Assembly (NCBI GenBank): GCA_045631145.1
Contig: JAZQUE010000074.1
Span: 3,065-67,064 of the forward strand
Direction of reading: 5' to 3'
Length of the DNA stretch: 64,000 nt
From: Eubacteriales bacterium
Lineage (GTDB): Bacteria > Bacillota > Clostridia > Oscillospirales > SIG627
Of the stretch, positions 19,701-29,400 are shown piece by piece (within the stretch, counting starts at the first letter, position 1; each line of letters opens with the position of its first letter). Below the pieces are notes generated by a model. The model searched no databases and was not told the DNA's origin. It worked only from the letters and a program-made list of their open reading frames with translations. The translations under genes and the position numbers were made by a program.

Positions 19701-20612
19701 GCTTTCTTTCTCATCAACGACAACCACCTTTGAGATAGTGCCGACACGCTTTGGATAAATCTCCGAGCAGTCGAGGCTGTCTTCCGCAAGGCTTGTCAGC
19801 TGTTTGTCTGCTCGACGGATAGACAAGCCCAAATCATCTGTGATGTATGTTCGGGCGTTCGAGGCGTTGAAACCTCCCTCGTCCTCGAAATACTTACCGT
19901 CATAGGCTATTTGTTGGAGCTTCGGCAGGAGCAGTTCGTTATTTCCGTACTTGCTTCGGTCGATGTTCTCCACGCCGCCCTGTATAAACAGGATTTCGAC
20001 GGGTACATTGTCGCCATAATTACCTCGCCCGACGTTCGGCTTGAAGCCGTTGCCACGCCCGTATGAAAGGGCGAGAGGGCTGTTCTTGTTATACTCTATC
20101 TTGCGAAGCGAAGCCACCTTACCGTTGAACTCAAATTCGGTTTTCAGCTCCGCAGCCATTTGGGCGATTGCCTCATAGCAAAAAGCGTGATCATAGCTGA
20201 TAAGGACTTCCGCTCCGTCGATACACTCGCCGACAGTCCAACCGCTGTCACGACGGTTCATATTATCGACGAACATCTGCAAATGCTCTTTCGGCTTTGC
20301 TGTCAGGGAGAATTTCAGCCTACCGTCCACCGTGTTACGAAACTTCCATATCTTGGCTTTCGCCTCGGCGGATTCCATAATGACGGTGTACTCGAAATTG
20401 CGGCTGTGCTTCATCTTGAAGCTCTCGGGACGCATAAGGGTGTACCGCACATTCTCGAAGTTGCAATAAGCCCCGACAGGTATTTCTACGTGCTCGGCAA
20501 GGCTGTAATGAAGCGTGATATTATGGTCGCCCATTATAACCCTGTTTCGGTAGCTGTTATCATCAACTGTCACGTCAAGAACCTTGCGTCCCTCACTGTC
20601 GTATATTGTCAT
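16737..20612 (-). CDS. large tail protein / tail fibre with collagen-like segment
   Basis: 1291 aa; tail-tip-like N-terminus, GEKGDKGDTGDDGGDG repeat, fibre-like C-terminus. Confidence 0.8.
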   Translation of the reverse strand: MTIYDSEGRKVLDVTVDDNSYRNRVIMGDHNITLHYSLAEHVEIPVGAYCNFENVRYTLMRPESFKMKHSRNFEYTVIMESAEAKAKIWKFRNTVDGRLKFSLTAKPKEHLQMFVDNMNRRDSGWTVGECIDGAEVLISYDHAFCYEAIAQMAAELKTEFEFNGKVASLRKIEYNKNSPLALSYGRGNGFKPNVGRGNYGDNVPVEILFIQGGVENIDRSKYGNNELLLPKLQQIAYDGKYFEDEGGFNASNARTYITDDLGLSIRRADKQLTSLAEDSLDCSEIYPKRVGTISKVVVVDEKESFYDIVDSSIPSTLNYEDYLIAGETMTVKFQSGMLAGKEFEVKYVHEAKNVGTSKEQAARRFEIVPQEIYGQTMPNAVFAPKAGDTYAVFNCMLPDAYICDNATKSGASWDMFRAGVKYLFDNEEVKFSFTGELDGIWSKKDWVNIGGKIKLGGYIKFSDERFQKEGVLVRITGIKDYINKPHSPVLTLSNSTVTSGFSTTLKELQSEEVLVEDYHRDAIQYTKRRFRDARETISMLEEALLDNFTNSINPIAVQTMSMLVGDESLQFRFVKSLTNFTQVADTVVWDGTNKQLKIGASFIQHLTLGIKDISSSHSGYKVWSLPAFTSAIMTDGTKKYYLYAKCSTADETGEFVLSETAIKMQAVSGYYHLLVGVLNSEYDEERSFASLYGFTEVLPGRITTDRIVSGSGTSYFDMLNNAMRLGNVFDFNSQGDGKLRLQGTIVQSQSGAEEYLGCYRGVYNAAYTYYQGDEVTYTVAGLTSTYRYIYATPAKGVAPTSSTYWQIIAAGSKGQDGADGTSVSIKGTLASESELPKTGTAGDAYIIGGNLYVWNGSKWENVGSIKGEKGDKGDTGDDGGDGNYTELRFAVNGSTTSAPSLSKTDLNPSGWTTTVPSVGTAQYLWMTLAVKTGDGSALVSQWSTPIRMTPYDGKDGANGKSPVMVFRGQYDSGKTYYGNSNRLDCVKYGDTYYIARIDAGTFNGKAPTNTSYWNSFGASFESVATNLLLAENANIGDWFISGGKIVSTLENGNKIELDAKNSRIKITSASSGGDYSQESLGSNITLDANSGTIEARANSGYSAVSYISPTGVFANRAGTQCVAASSGYTQRAALVGLGYGNLNKSAWSMGADQEMLAGVYGNASNSGTAPYYGGAFYNLKAYGLVLNVETIGTTVTSKYIYDSDSLVVSFATGTCVTYLPAATREGQIVFLKQINDGKMRVYPRSGQHIYDDNTENDYYDVGGGQMLIAVFCKCAINNVTTEVWWVNRIKW

Positions 20613-20689
20613 TTTACCTCCTGTTTTTGATTGTTAGTACTCTGTACCGAAAACCTCCCCACACAACGGGGGAGGCTCGATACCTGATG

Positions 20690-21067
20690 TTAGTTGATAC
20701 CCAATTCGGCACAGTCAGCGTCCACCTGTGTTTTGACTGCGTTACGCTCTGTGAGGAACGCTTTGTAGGCGGCTACCTTTGCGGCGGCTGTTTCCTCGTC
20801 GTAAACACCCAACTGTGCGGCGTTGTACTCGTTTACCAACTTCTGTTCGTAGTTGCTGTCCCACAGCTCACTGATTACAGCTTCGGTAATCTTGTTTGAG
20901 GTCACGGGTGCCCATACGGTCACTTCCTGACATTTCCACTGTGTGGTTGGCTCGCCGCCCTCCTCGTGTGCGGGCTGTTCCATTTCTACGATGTCCCAAC
21001 GGTATTTGTAGCTACCGTTTCCTACTGCCTCCAATACAGAGGGCTTGTGGTCATAAAATGCTTGCAT
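20690..21067 (-). CDS. hypothetical virion-associated protein
   Basis: 125-aa ORF between RT and tail fibre genes. Confidence 0.45.
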   Translation of the reverse strand: MQAFYDHKPSVLEAVGNGSYKYRWDIVEMEQPAHEEGGEPTTQWKCQEVTVWAPVTSNKITEAVISELWDSNYEQKLVNEYNAAQLGVYDEETAAAKVAAYKAFLTERNAVKTQVDADCAELGIN

Positions 21068-21362
21068 AATACTCTTTTTTAATGATTGATTTCAACAAAT
21101 GCTTACTGTTACTGTGTTTTGCCCAACCGAGCCAAGAGCAAATCCCTTGTTTATACTCCTTTGGTGGGAGCGGTGGGGTGCGTTTGTTCAGGCGGGCAAC
21201 GTGGCGGCAGAAATTCTTCTTGATACTTTTCCTGATGAGCTTCTGTTCACGGTAGAACTTGTAGCCGACATAATCAAGGGCACGTCCGCTTTTGTCGTAG
21301 CGGTTCTTTGCGATTGGGAACACCTGATAATTGCTTTTCACTTTCAAGTCCAAATCAGCCAA
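21051..21362 (-). pseudogene. C-terminal part of DGR reverse transcriptase (frameshifted)
   Basis: ADLDLKVKSNYQVFPIAKN...GRALDYVGYKFYREQKLIRKSIKKNF continues the RT in the -1 frame across an A5 tract (21361-21365). Confidence 0.75.
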
Positions 21363-22114
21363 AAACGGCTAATCTCCTTGAATGCTTCGTGCAGCTTCTC
21401 TTTGCTGTCGCTAAAGAAACAGATGTCGTCGGCATACTCCGTTGCTTCGAGTTTCAGAACCTCGTTCACGAAGTGCATAAAGTAGGCAAGAAAAAGATTT
21501 GCCAAGAACTGTGACAGGTAATTTCCGATAGGTAAGCCCTCCGCACTGTCGATTATCTCGTCCAACAGCCACAGCAGGTCTTTATCTTTGATTTTCTTTC
21601 GGACAACCCGTTTCAGTACATCGTGGTTGATTGAGGGGTAGAACTTCTTGATGTCGATTTTCAGGCAATACAGGGGCTTACCCTTGTACTTTTTGATTAT
21701 CTTATCCACCTGTCGGGCACAGCCCTCAATGCCACGTTTCTTGATACACGAATACGTATTGTGCGTGAACACCTTGCTCCATATCGGTTCAAGGACATTC
21801 ATTACGGCGTGATGAACAATTCTGTCGGGATAATACGGGAGGCGGAAAATCAGCCTTTCTTTCGGCTCAAATACCGTAAACCTGTCATATTCCGAGGTCT
21901 TGAACGTCTTTGTCCGCAACGCCTCGTGTAGGGCAATGATATTCGCTTCACGGTTCTTATCGTGATGTCGAACTCCGTATGTGCGGAGCTTCCCACGTCG
22001 AGCCTTTTCATCAGCCCGACGCAGGTTCTCCACGGAGATTATCTGTTCGTATAAATTTCCTATACGCTTCATTGCTTTGCTTTTCTTAATCGGAGTCTTC
22101 GATAGCCCATACAA
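21344..22114 (-). CDS. DGR reverse transcriptase, N-terminal and catalytic part (probable start 22072)
   Basis: YCLKIDIKKFYPSI, LPIGNYLSQFLANLFL (DGR-type IGxxxSQ) and EYADDICFF; ends prematurely at ...SRFWLIWT*. Confidence 0.9.
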   Translation of the reverse strand: MYGLSKTPIKKSKAMKRIGNLYEQIISVENLRRADEKARRGKLRTYGVRHHDKNREANIIALHEALRTKTFKTSEYDRFTVFEPKERLIFRLPYYPDRIVHHAVMNVLEPIWSKVFTHNTYSCIKKRGIEGCARQVDKIIKKYKGKPLYCLKIDIKKFYPSINHDVLKRVVRKKIKDKDLLWLLDEIIDSAEGLPIGNYLSQFLANLFLAYFMHFVNEVLKLEATEYADDICFFSDSKEKLHEAFKEISRFWLIWT

Positions 22115-22233
22115 CAGGCATTTCTACCAACACCTTTCTGATTTGAGAAATCTTTTACCAAGAGGTAAGGTCGTCGCTCTTTTATTCTTTTATATTGCTT
22201 CGAGCCTTTGACAGCCCGCTTGAAAATCAGAGG

Positions 22234-22339
22234 TGAGAGCCGATGTTCGCATTCGTATTCGAGGGCACGTTATTCGAGTTCGCATAGGCGAAGCCTGCAT
22301 TCGCACCGTTATTCGCATTACCGCCGAACAGGACACCAC
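22234..22339 (-). repeat. DGR template repeat (TR)
   Basis: Aligns without gaps to VR1 22781-22886 (14 mismatches in 106 nt, 13 at template adenines). Sense translation NANNGANAGFAYANSNNVPSNTNANIGS is typical AAT/AAC-rich TR. Confidence 0.95.
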
Positions 22340-22362
22340 AAGAACGACCAACCTGTTATTTT

Positions 22363-22713
22363 TCACTCGAAATAGTATCTGTTACCGTTTCCTCGTAATG
22401 TTACTCTCCTCGGGAATTTGTTCAGCTCCTTAATCTTCTGCAAGATGTAGAGAATGTCAGCTGAACCCGTGAAGAACTTTTTCGCAGCACTGTCGGGGCT
22501 GTCCTTTTCAGGCTTGATTTTGACAAGCGTCTGACCTTTGTTCCCCTTTGCCTTGCTGAACTTCGTCGGAACGTCCTCGATGAAATCCACTACCCAAAAG
22601 GTTGTGTTCACGAGCTTGCTCTGCGTCGTTTCATCACAGTTGAAACTGCGGTTGTTCTCATCACGAGGAATTTTCAGGCATTCCAAAGAGCCGTCGTCAA
22701 TAATAGTTTCCAT
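22363..22713 (-). CDS. small protein between VR1 and TR, candidate DGR accessory protein
   Basis: 116 aa, sits where Avd normally lies but does not read like Avd. Confidence 0.45.
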   Translation of the reverse strand: METIIDDGSLECLKIPRDENNRSFNCDETTQSKLVNTTFWVVDFIEDVPTKFSKAKGNKGQTLVKIKPEKDSPDSAAKKFFTGSADILYILQKIKELNKFPRRVTLRGNGNRYYFE

Positions 22714-22758
22714 ATCCTTATACAGTTAAATGGTTAGACGTGTACTCGTGGGGACGGG

Positions 22759-24201
22759 TTATCGAGGCAAAAAGCAAAGGCGAGAGCCGAAGTACGCAAG
22801 CGTAGAAGAGGGCACGTTAGTCGAGTACGCATAGGCGAAGCCCGCACCCGCACCGTAATTCGCATTACCGCCGAACAGGACACCACGGAGGGTTTCAGAG
22901 GTCGGGATGTTGGTATAGTGATAGTCACAATGGTAGGTAGTAGAACCGCCCCCAATTTCAGACGGCATAATCTCGCCATACTCTCCGAAGATAACCTGTT
23001 TCACGTAACCCTCTGCACGGGCTTCATTGCCGACGTGGCTGTAACCTGTGTAGCTGCTGTCTGTGAACTTTGACGGGTCGCTGCATACGAACACCTTGCT
23101 CAAATCGTCGCCGCCGTTGGCTGATGTCGGGCTGATACGGACATTGATACCGTCAGTCCACTGCCAAATATGCCCGAACGGATTTTCAACACCTCTGTAT
23201 CGAGGAACCTGTACCTCAATAGTGTTGTTTGAATCATACTCGGTCGGCATAGTGTATATTACCTCGCCTGTGTTGTTACCGAGGCTGTCGGTTGTTCCGC
23301 AAGGGATAACAGGATTGTAGCCGTTGAATGTACTCCACAGTGTACTGTTCAGGTTCGTTACGCCTGAACCCAAACCGCCCTGACGCAAGCCCTCGGAGGT
23401 CAAAACAGGGTTGTACGCCGCCTGTGTATTGAGTGTGGCGTATTCTGTCACGAACAGCCAATAGAGGGTTTTCTGTACGTCATACGTCATACAGTTCCAC
23501 TCGGTCGAGGTGGTCTTACGGTTACGGGCGTACTTACGGAAGTTCGTGCGGCTGATACTTGTTGCGGGCATACCGAGCATACTTCTGTATGTGCCGTCCC
23601 ATTCTGTGTTGTTGCCGCCACCTCGATAATCGACCGAAGTGTTCTTCACGGAGGCGAGCTTTGAGGTTGAACGCTGAACGGTTGCCTCGTAAGCTGATAC
23701 ATAACACCTTGGTACGGCGTGATAACCCGCAAGAGGCAGTTCGCTGATACGCACACGACGTTTGTTACCGTCGGTTTCAAACTTGCGGAAATGGGCGGGT
23801 ATTTCGACCATAACCTGACCTCGTGAACCGTCAAGGACATTGCCCGTCCAATCGTTAGGGTTCAGGTATTCCACTACATTGCCGTCGTCGTCAAGCAGAC
23901 AGCCTTTCATACGGCTGTGTACGGGTAGGCTCTTGTGCAGGTTGGTGTTTCCGATACGGGTACAGGTCGGCGATGATACTGTAACGTCAAACTCGACACC
24001 GTATGAACAATCGTCCTCCAAATAGGGGAGGAGGCTTGCGAGAGCCGCTTTCTTACTTTCTCCGTCCTCGTCGAGAACTTCGCAAAACAGGTTGTAAGGG
24101 TTAGTTCCCTCTACTTCGGGTAAGTCGCTCAAACGCTTACCGTTCTGAAACGCCTCGATGATCTGTTCGAGGATAGCTTCTTGTGCTTCTGTAAAAGCCA
24201 T
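22759..24201 (-). CDS. DGR target protein (probable C-type-lectin-fold receptor-binding protein)
   Basis: C-terminus FGHIWQWTDGINVR...RGVLFGGNANYGAGAGFAYAYSTNVPSSTLAYFGSRLCFLPR with VR1 at the 3' end. Confidence 0.92.
   Translation of the reverse strand: MAFTEAQEAILEQIIEAFQNGKRLSDLPEVEGTNPYNLFCEVLDEDGESKKAALASLLPYLEDDCSYGVEFDVTVSSPTCTRIGNTNLHKSLPVHSRMKGCLLDDDGNVVEYLNPNDWTGNVLDGSRGQVMVEIPAHFRKFETDGNKRRVRISELPLAGYHAVPRCYVSAYEATVQRSTSKLASVKNTSVDYRGGGNNTEWDGTYRSMLGMPATSISRTNFRKYARNRKTTSTEWNCMTYDVQKTLYWLFVTEYATLNTQAAYNPVLTSEGLRQGGLGSGVTNLNSTLWSTFNGYNPVIPCGTTDSLGNNTGEVIYTMPTEYDSNNTIEVQVPRYRGVENPFGHIWQWTDGINVRISPTSANGGDDLSKVFVCSDPSKFTDSSYTGYSHVGNEARAEGYVKQVIFGEYGEIMPSEIGGGSTTYHCDYHYTNIPTSETLRGVLFGGNANYGAGAGFAYAYSTNVPSSTLAYFGSRLCFLPR
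22781..22886 (-). repeat. DGR variable repeat VR1
   Basis: See TR; IMH-like AAGCAAAGGCGAGAGCCGA (plus strand) at 22772-22790. Confidence 0.95.
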
Positions 24202-24233
24202 AATCTAAAAGTTTTAATGGTTGAACAATGATT

Positions 24234-25034
24234 TTAATTCAATCGTAACGCTCCGCCCTGTGTGAAACGTAGCTGCTTACGGGTGTTTACCATACGGAGC
24301 GACGGAGCTGTAACCTCAATCTGCAGCGTCTTGGCGAGAGCCGTGTTCATCGTCGGAATGACGTGTACCGTGCTTCTGCCCTTTGCCACAACCTGAATAC
24401 GCCCGTCAGGGGCGACCGTTACCGCTTTGTTATCACATAGGAAGATTACATTTTTCAGCGTTCCTGCGGGCGTAAGAACAACGTTAATCGGCTTCGGGGA
24501 TAGGTTGCCAAATGTTATGCGTTCCATACACTCAACCTCCAACGTGAACGGCACAATGCCGCCGAAAGCGGCAAGGATTTCCGCTGTGGCATTGTTCGCT
24601 GCCGCCGTTGCCTCCTCGGCTTCCGCTGTGGCTTCCTTTGCCTCCTGTGTAGCCTTGTCAGCGTTGGTCGTCGCTGTGATTGCTTTCGCCGTTGCGGAGT
24701 CCGCATTTGAAGTTGCCGTCTTTGCCTTACCTGTTGCGTCGTCGGCGTTCTTTGTTGCCGTTTCCGCAGCCGTCGTTGCAGTTTTAGCCTTGTTTGTTGC
24801 ATCGACAGCGTTGTTAGTTGCCGTTACGGCATTGTTCTTGGCTGTCGTAGCCGCCGAAGCTGCATTGTTCGCTGCCGCCGTTGCTGCGTTCGCCTTGCTG
24901 ACAGCCTGTGTGGTTTCCTGTTCGACGAACTCCAAGGACACTTTGACGCTGTTGTTGTTAGCGTCCGTACCGATAGTAAACAGCCCTTTCAGGGTGCTGT
25001 ATAACGGTAGTTCTGAAATCTTGATTTTCTTCAT
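24234..25034 (-). CDS. Ala-rich coiled-coil virion/fibre protein
   Basis: Long KANAATAAANNAASAATTAKNN heptad-like stretch; structural module context. Confidence 0.6.
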   Translation of the reverse strand: MKKIKISELPLYSTLKGLFTIGTDANNNSVKVSLEFVEQETTQAVSKANAATAAANNAASAATTAKNNAVTATNNAVDATNKAKTATTAAETATKNADDATGKAKTATSNADSATAKAITATTNADKATQEAKEATAEAEEATAAANNATAEILAAFGGIVPFTLEVECMERITFGNLSPKPINVVLTPAGTLKNVIFLCDNKAVTVAPDGRIQVVAKGRSTVHVIPTMNTALAKTLQIEVTAPSLRMVNTRKQLRFTQGGALRLN

Positions 25035-25045
25035 ATTCTTATCTG

Positions 25046-26056
25046 CTAATTGTTGAACCTTATACCTCCGTTACCTGTCAGGCGAATAGTCATACGGTCA
25101 TTGACAAGACGGACAGACGGAATGAGATATTTATCAGGACGCAACTCGATAGCGTATGTGCCGTCCTCTGTGAACACCACAATGCCGTCCTCGGAAGCGA
25201 GAACAATATCCTCCTCGCCGATACGAAAATCCTGCGTGAATGTAACTGTGAGCGTGAACTGCAACCATATCCTGTCTGTCGGGCAGAACTTCGTTACCTG
25301 ACAGCTCTTGTAGTGGAACAGGAACTCACGTTCCAAATCATCAACCCACAGCGACCGTTCATTCGGGCGAATCAGATCATACAGGAAAGCGTCATAGTTC
25401 CGCCACAACTCATCGAGCGTTTCAGCCCTCATCAGGCAGTACAGCTTCACGTCCTTGCTCTTGTAGGTTACCTGCTTTGCGTCATACTCTACACCTTTCT
25501 GTGTAGGGATATTTCGCAACAGGTTCGTTTTCACAACCGCCGAACGCACAATCTCATCATAGCTTCCCGTAAGGATACGCAACCCGTAGCTCGTGAAAGG
25601 CAACCCGTCAAAAGTGTAGTCGGCGGAGTACATCACGGAACTGTACGGAGCTTTGTAGCTATATCCGTCAAGCGGGAAGTCGTCGGCAAACTTCAATGTC
25701 GCTTGCCCGAGTATCTTAATGGCTTTCAGGTTCGGCTGCTGTGTGAGGCGAAGCCTGTAAACACGCCCGATTTCCGCACAACTGAATGTATGGTAAGCCC
25801 CGTCAGAGAGAACGTCGAGAAAATCGAACAGGGAGGAATACAAGCCCGAAATGGCGAACTTTATCGACACCTCACGGGTATTCAGAACGGGGGCTGATAG
25901 GTCAGCTTCAATGCCGTCCTCCTCCTGCCAATCGTTCTTTTCGACATCTTTCAACGGGGGAAAGGCTACAAGCTCATTATAGCCCCCCTCGACGACGTAC
26001 ATACCGAACTGTTTGTACACGTCGTAACCGTCCACATATAGAGCACCTGTCTTCAT
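25046..26056 (-). CDS. distal tail protein-like
   Basis: Position after tape measure; MKTGALYVDGYDVYKQFGMYVV start typical of Dit-type proteins. Confidence 0.55.
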   Translation of the reverse strand: MKTGALYVDGYDVYKQFGMYVVEGGYNELVAFPPLKDVEKNDWQEEDGIEADLSAPVLNTREVSIKFAISGLYSSLFDFLDVLSDGAYHTFSCAEIGRVYRLRLTQQPNLKAIKILGQATLKFADDFPLDGYSYKAPYSSVMYSADYTFDGLPFTSYGLRILTGSYDEIVRSAVVKTNLLRNIPTQKGVEYDAKQVTYKSKDVKLYCLMRAETLDELWRNYDAFLYDLIRPNERSLWVDDLEREFLFHYKSCQVTKFCPTDRIWLQFTLTVTFTQDFRIGEEDIVLASEDGIVVFTEDGTYAIELRPDKYLIPSVRLVNDRMTIRLTGNGGIRFNN

Positions 26057-26478
26057 AATATCAGAGCATTTTCAGAGGTGTTCTTCAAATAGGCACAGCC
26101 CTGTTCAGCTTTCACGAACACGACAGACCATTTCGACGCATTGATGTTCGCCCTCGCCCCGTGAAGCAACACAATCTCGTGGCGTTCGAGTTCCGAGCAG
26201 TTGATTGTCGCACTCGTCCGTCCGATAAGAATAGCACGTGTCGGGTTATTGAGAGTGATAGCCCCTGCGTCGATGTATATTCCGTAACGCTCGACGTTGT
26301 GCTTCTTGAACAGGCGGAGCGTGGCGATATTCGGGAAATGGTGTGTCATACAAAACTCCAATCCCTGTGTCGTCGTAAACAGGCGTATAATGCCCTGTAA
26401 GTCCTCCGTTCCTTTGAACAGAGGACAACAGCCTAACAGCTTGGCTTGGGCGTAGATGTTCTTTATAACCGATTCCAT
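26053..26478 (-). CDS. hypothetical tail-region protein
   Basis: Overlapping ORF in tail operon. Confidence 0.5.
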   Translation of the reverse strand: MESVIKNIYAQAKLLGCCPLFKGTEDLQGIIRLFTTTQGLEFCMTHHFPNIATLRLFKKHNVERYGIYIDAGAITLNNPTRAILIGRTSATINCSELERHEIVLLHGARANINASKWSVVFVKAEQGCAYLKNTSENALIL

Positions 26479-26482
26479 ATCG

Positions 26483-29400
26483 TTACTGTATTTTAATTCC
26501 TTTGATTACAATATCTTCCACTGTCGATTTCACGTCACGGATATTCTCCTCGACCTTTTCCATACGGGCGGATATACGTTCCGTGTGCATTTCGATATTG
26601 AGGACACTTTCAAGGATTCCCGCCGCTGTTGCTACCAACTGCTTTGTGTTCTCGCTGATTGAGTAGGTGTGTCCCTGTATCGCTGTTGCTCGACCGTTCA
26701 ATTCATCCACGCTTTCCTGCGAGGCTGTGGCTATTCCCTCCTGTGAGGCTTCACGTGAAGCGGCTGTCGTTGTGAACATATTCTTCACGCTGTCAGGTAG
26801 GCTCTCCCAAATCACAGCGAAATCCTCGCCGACAGAGTTCAGGTCGGCTGCAAAACCTGACATCGAATTGATAACAGCGTCAAGCCCCACAAACTGCCCG
26901 TCCTTGAACCATTTTTCCTTGTACTTGTTGAAGATTTCTCCGAGAGGTTCTTCAAGGAATTTGCTCACGAGCATACGCTGCATAACGTCCGCTACGATAT
27001 CCTTTACCTTGTCGCCCCAAGCCTCGGCGTAGTCCTCGCCATTCTTGAAAGCCTCGAAGAAAGCGTCCCCGAGTTCCTTTGCGATGTCCTCCGATGAACC
27101 GCCGATAATATCCTCTACCATTTCGTTGATAATGGTAACAGCCTGTTCTCCGAGTTCCTGTATCTGCTGTTCCCATTCTTCAATCTTCCCGTGGTCGGTT
27201 TTCTTTTTGTCCTCCTCGTTCCTGATCTGTTCCTGAATGAGGAGCTGCTGTTTGGCGATGTTCTCCAACTGTGATTTAGCGTCACTGTATTTCGCACCAC
27301 CGATAGCCTTGTCTTCTGTGTAGGCGATGTTGGCGTAAGCCTTTGCCACCTTTTCGGCTGACTGTTGGAGCAGTTGGTTATTGTTCGACAGTGTACTGAA
27401 CAGTGTTCCCCATACGCCTGATATGTTGTTCATTCTGTAATGAAGCGTAACCAATTCCTGACGAGCCTCGGCGGTTGCCTTGCGGAGCATATCCATAGCC
27501 TTGAAACTGTTGTTCTGCAAGCGGACAGCGTCGGCATTGTCGAGTTCCCATTGAAGTTGGTCGATACGGTCTTGCAGGGCTTCGATTTCTTCCTGTTTCT
27601 TGTCGTCGTTGTTGAACAGGTTGATAATCTGCATGGCAATCTGCATAGCCGCCGAAATGACCGCCAAAATCACAGAGGCTTTCTCAACAGTTGAAATGGC
27701 TGTCTCCGCAGCTGTGGCAGTTCCCTGCATACCTGTTGCGGACATATTCACGAGCTGCACAATGCCGTTTATCATTGACAGGGTAGAAGCCATAATGTTG
27801 CCTGTGGTGGAAATGATTTCACCCGCAACACCTCCGACAGCGTCCCCGATTTCATCAAACGACTTGCAGCAGTCGTCCAATGATTCCCGTAGGTCGTTCC
27901 ACTGTTCGATACTCCGTTTGTTGGGGGCAACGTCGTTCTGTGCGTTCGCCTTTTCGACCTTGCTCTTTGCGGTGGCTACTTTTGCTCGGGCAACGGCTAT
28001 CTGCTTTCCGTCGGCTGTCCCTGATTCTTCGAGCTTCTTCAATTCCTTTTCAGCCTGTTCGAGAACTCCTTGAAGCTGTTGCAACGATAGGTTGGCAATT
28101 GCTTCGCACCACGCCTGATAACTTGCCTCACGCTGTGCGAACTGTTCGTCAATGGCTGTCAGGGCGTTTTGCTCCTGTGTGTTCAGCTCGTCGATATTAC
28201 CCTGTGTTACGCCCTCACGAAGTCCCTTGCTTTTGTCTCCGTCCACATACAGAGCCTTGCGTTTACGCTCGTAATCTTCTGTGATTTCCGTACGTTTTTG
28301 CTCGTAGGTCATAAACTCCGACAGGGCTTTATCGAGGCTGTCTTTATTGGCTTTCGCTCGTATATCGCTTGCAATTCGCTCGTATTCTCTGATGATTTGA
28401 AGCTGCTCTGACGAGAGGTCGGCTGCGGTAACAGAGGAACGGTCAAACGACAGTCCCTGCTCCTTTGCTTTCGGGTTGGCGTTCTCCCATTCAAGCTGCT
28501 TTTTATCCCGTAGGGCTTCAACCATTTCTTCCTGACGACGGAGGTTTGCTTCGGTCAGGCGTTTATAGTTGAGTTCGTTCTGTGCGAGTTCCTTTTCCAA
28601 GCCCTCCTGCATACCGTCAATACGGGCTTGCTCGATGTCGAGTTCAGCCTGTCGTGCCTCACGGGCGACATCTTCCCCGTATTGCCTGATTTTCTCGTTT
28701 CTCTCGGCTGTTTGAACGGCAATGGTGTTCTCCTCTTTCTGCTCACGATTGGCGGCTGTCGTGCCCTTTGTAACGCTGTAAGCGTCAATCTGCTTTTGAG
28801 CCTCGGCAATGTTAGCACGGATTTTCTTCGCTTCCTTGGTCTGCAACTGTGCAGCTGTCATAGCGTCCAACAATCCCTGCTGCTCTTTCTTGTAGTCCTC
28901 CCAATACTTTTTGTTCTTCACAACTTCGGTAGGCTTGCCGCCGTCCTCTGTTCCGCTTCCCGCTTGTGGGTTGCCTCCATACAGGCGGTTAGCTTCTGCC
29001 ATAGTATTGTCAAAAATACCCCTTGCACGTTGGGCGGCTGTGATTTGGTTTTGCATAGGGTTGTACTGATATGAGCCGCCGCCTCCAAACATACCGCCTC
29101 CATAATAGCCTGTACGCTCGAATTGGTTGATTATCCCCTGTACCTCGGCAGTCATTTCCTGTTTGCCCTCCAAGACGGGAACAATCTTCCAATAATAAGT
29201 TTCGGCAAGGCTAATTCCGTCTGCGCCTGTCTGTCCTTTGAACTTATCGTTCAACAGTTCCATTATCTCCTCTTTTGCGTCGGCTTCTTTCTCGGCGTAG
29301 GTATCGGCTGCGTCCTTTGTAGCAGCTTCCAACGCTCGGGCTTTGGCGGCTTCCCTGGCAGCAGCAGTAACAGCCTTATACGCTCCCTCAACGTCCTGTA

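Noticed and set aside
21344-22114. Retron or group II intron reverse transcriptase
   Set aside because: IGNYLSQ motif and adjacent adenine-biased TR/VR pair identify a DGR RT; no msr/msd or maturase domain.
22260-22260. TR C to VR1 A difference
   Set aside because: Single non-adenine exception among 14; probably later drift in TR or VR and not evidence against DGR activity.
24427-25056. 209-aa plus-strand ORF
   Set aside because: Shadow of the repetitive Ala/Asn-rich fibre gene.
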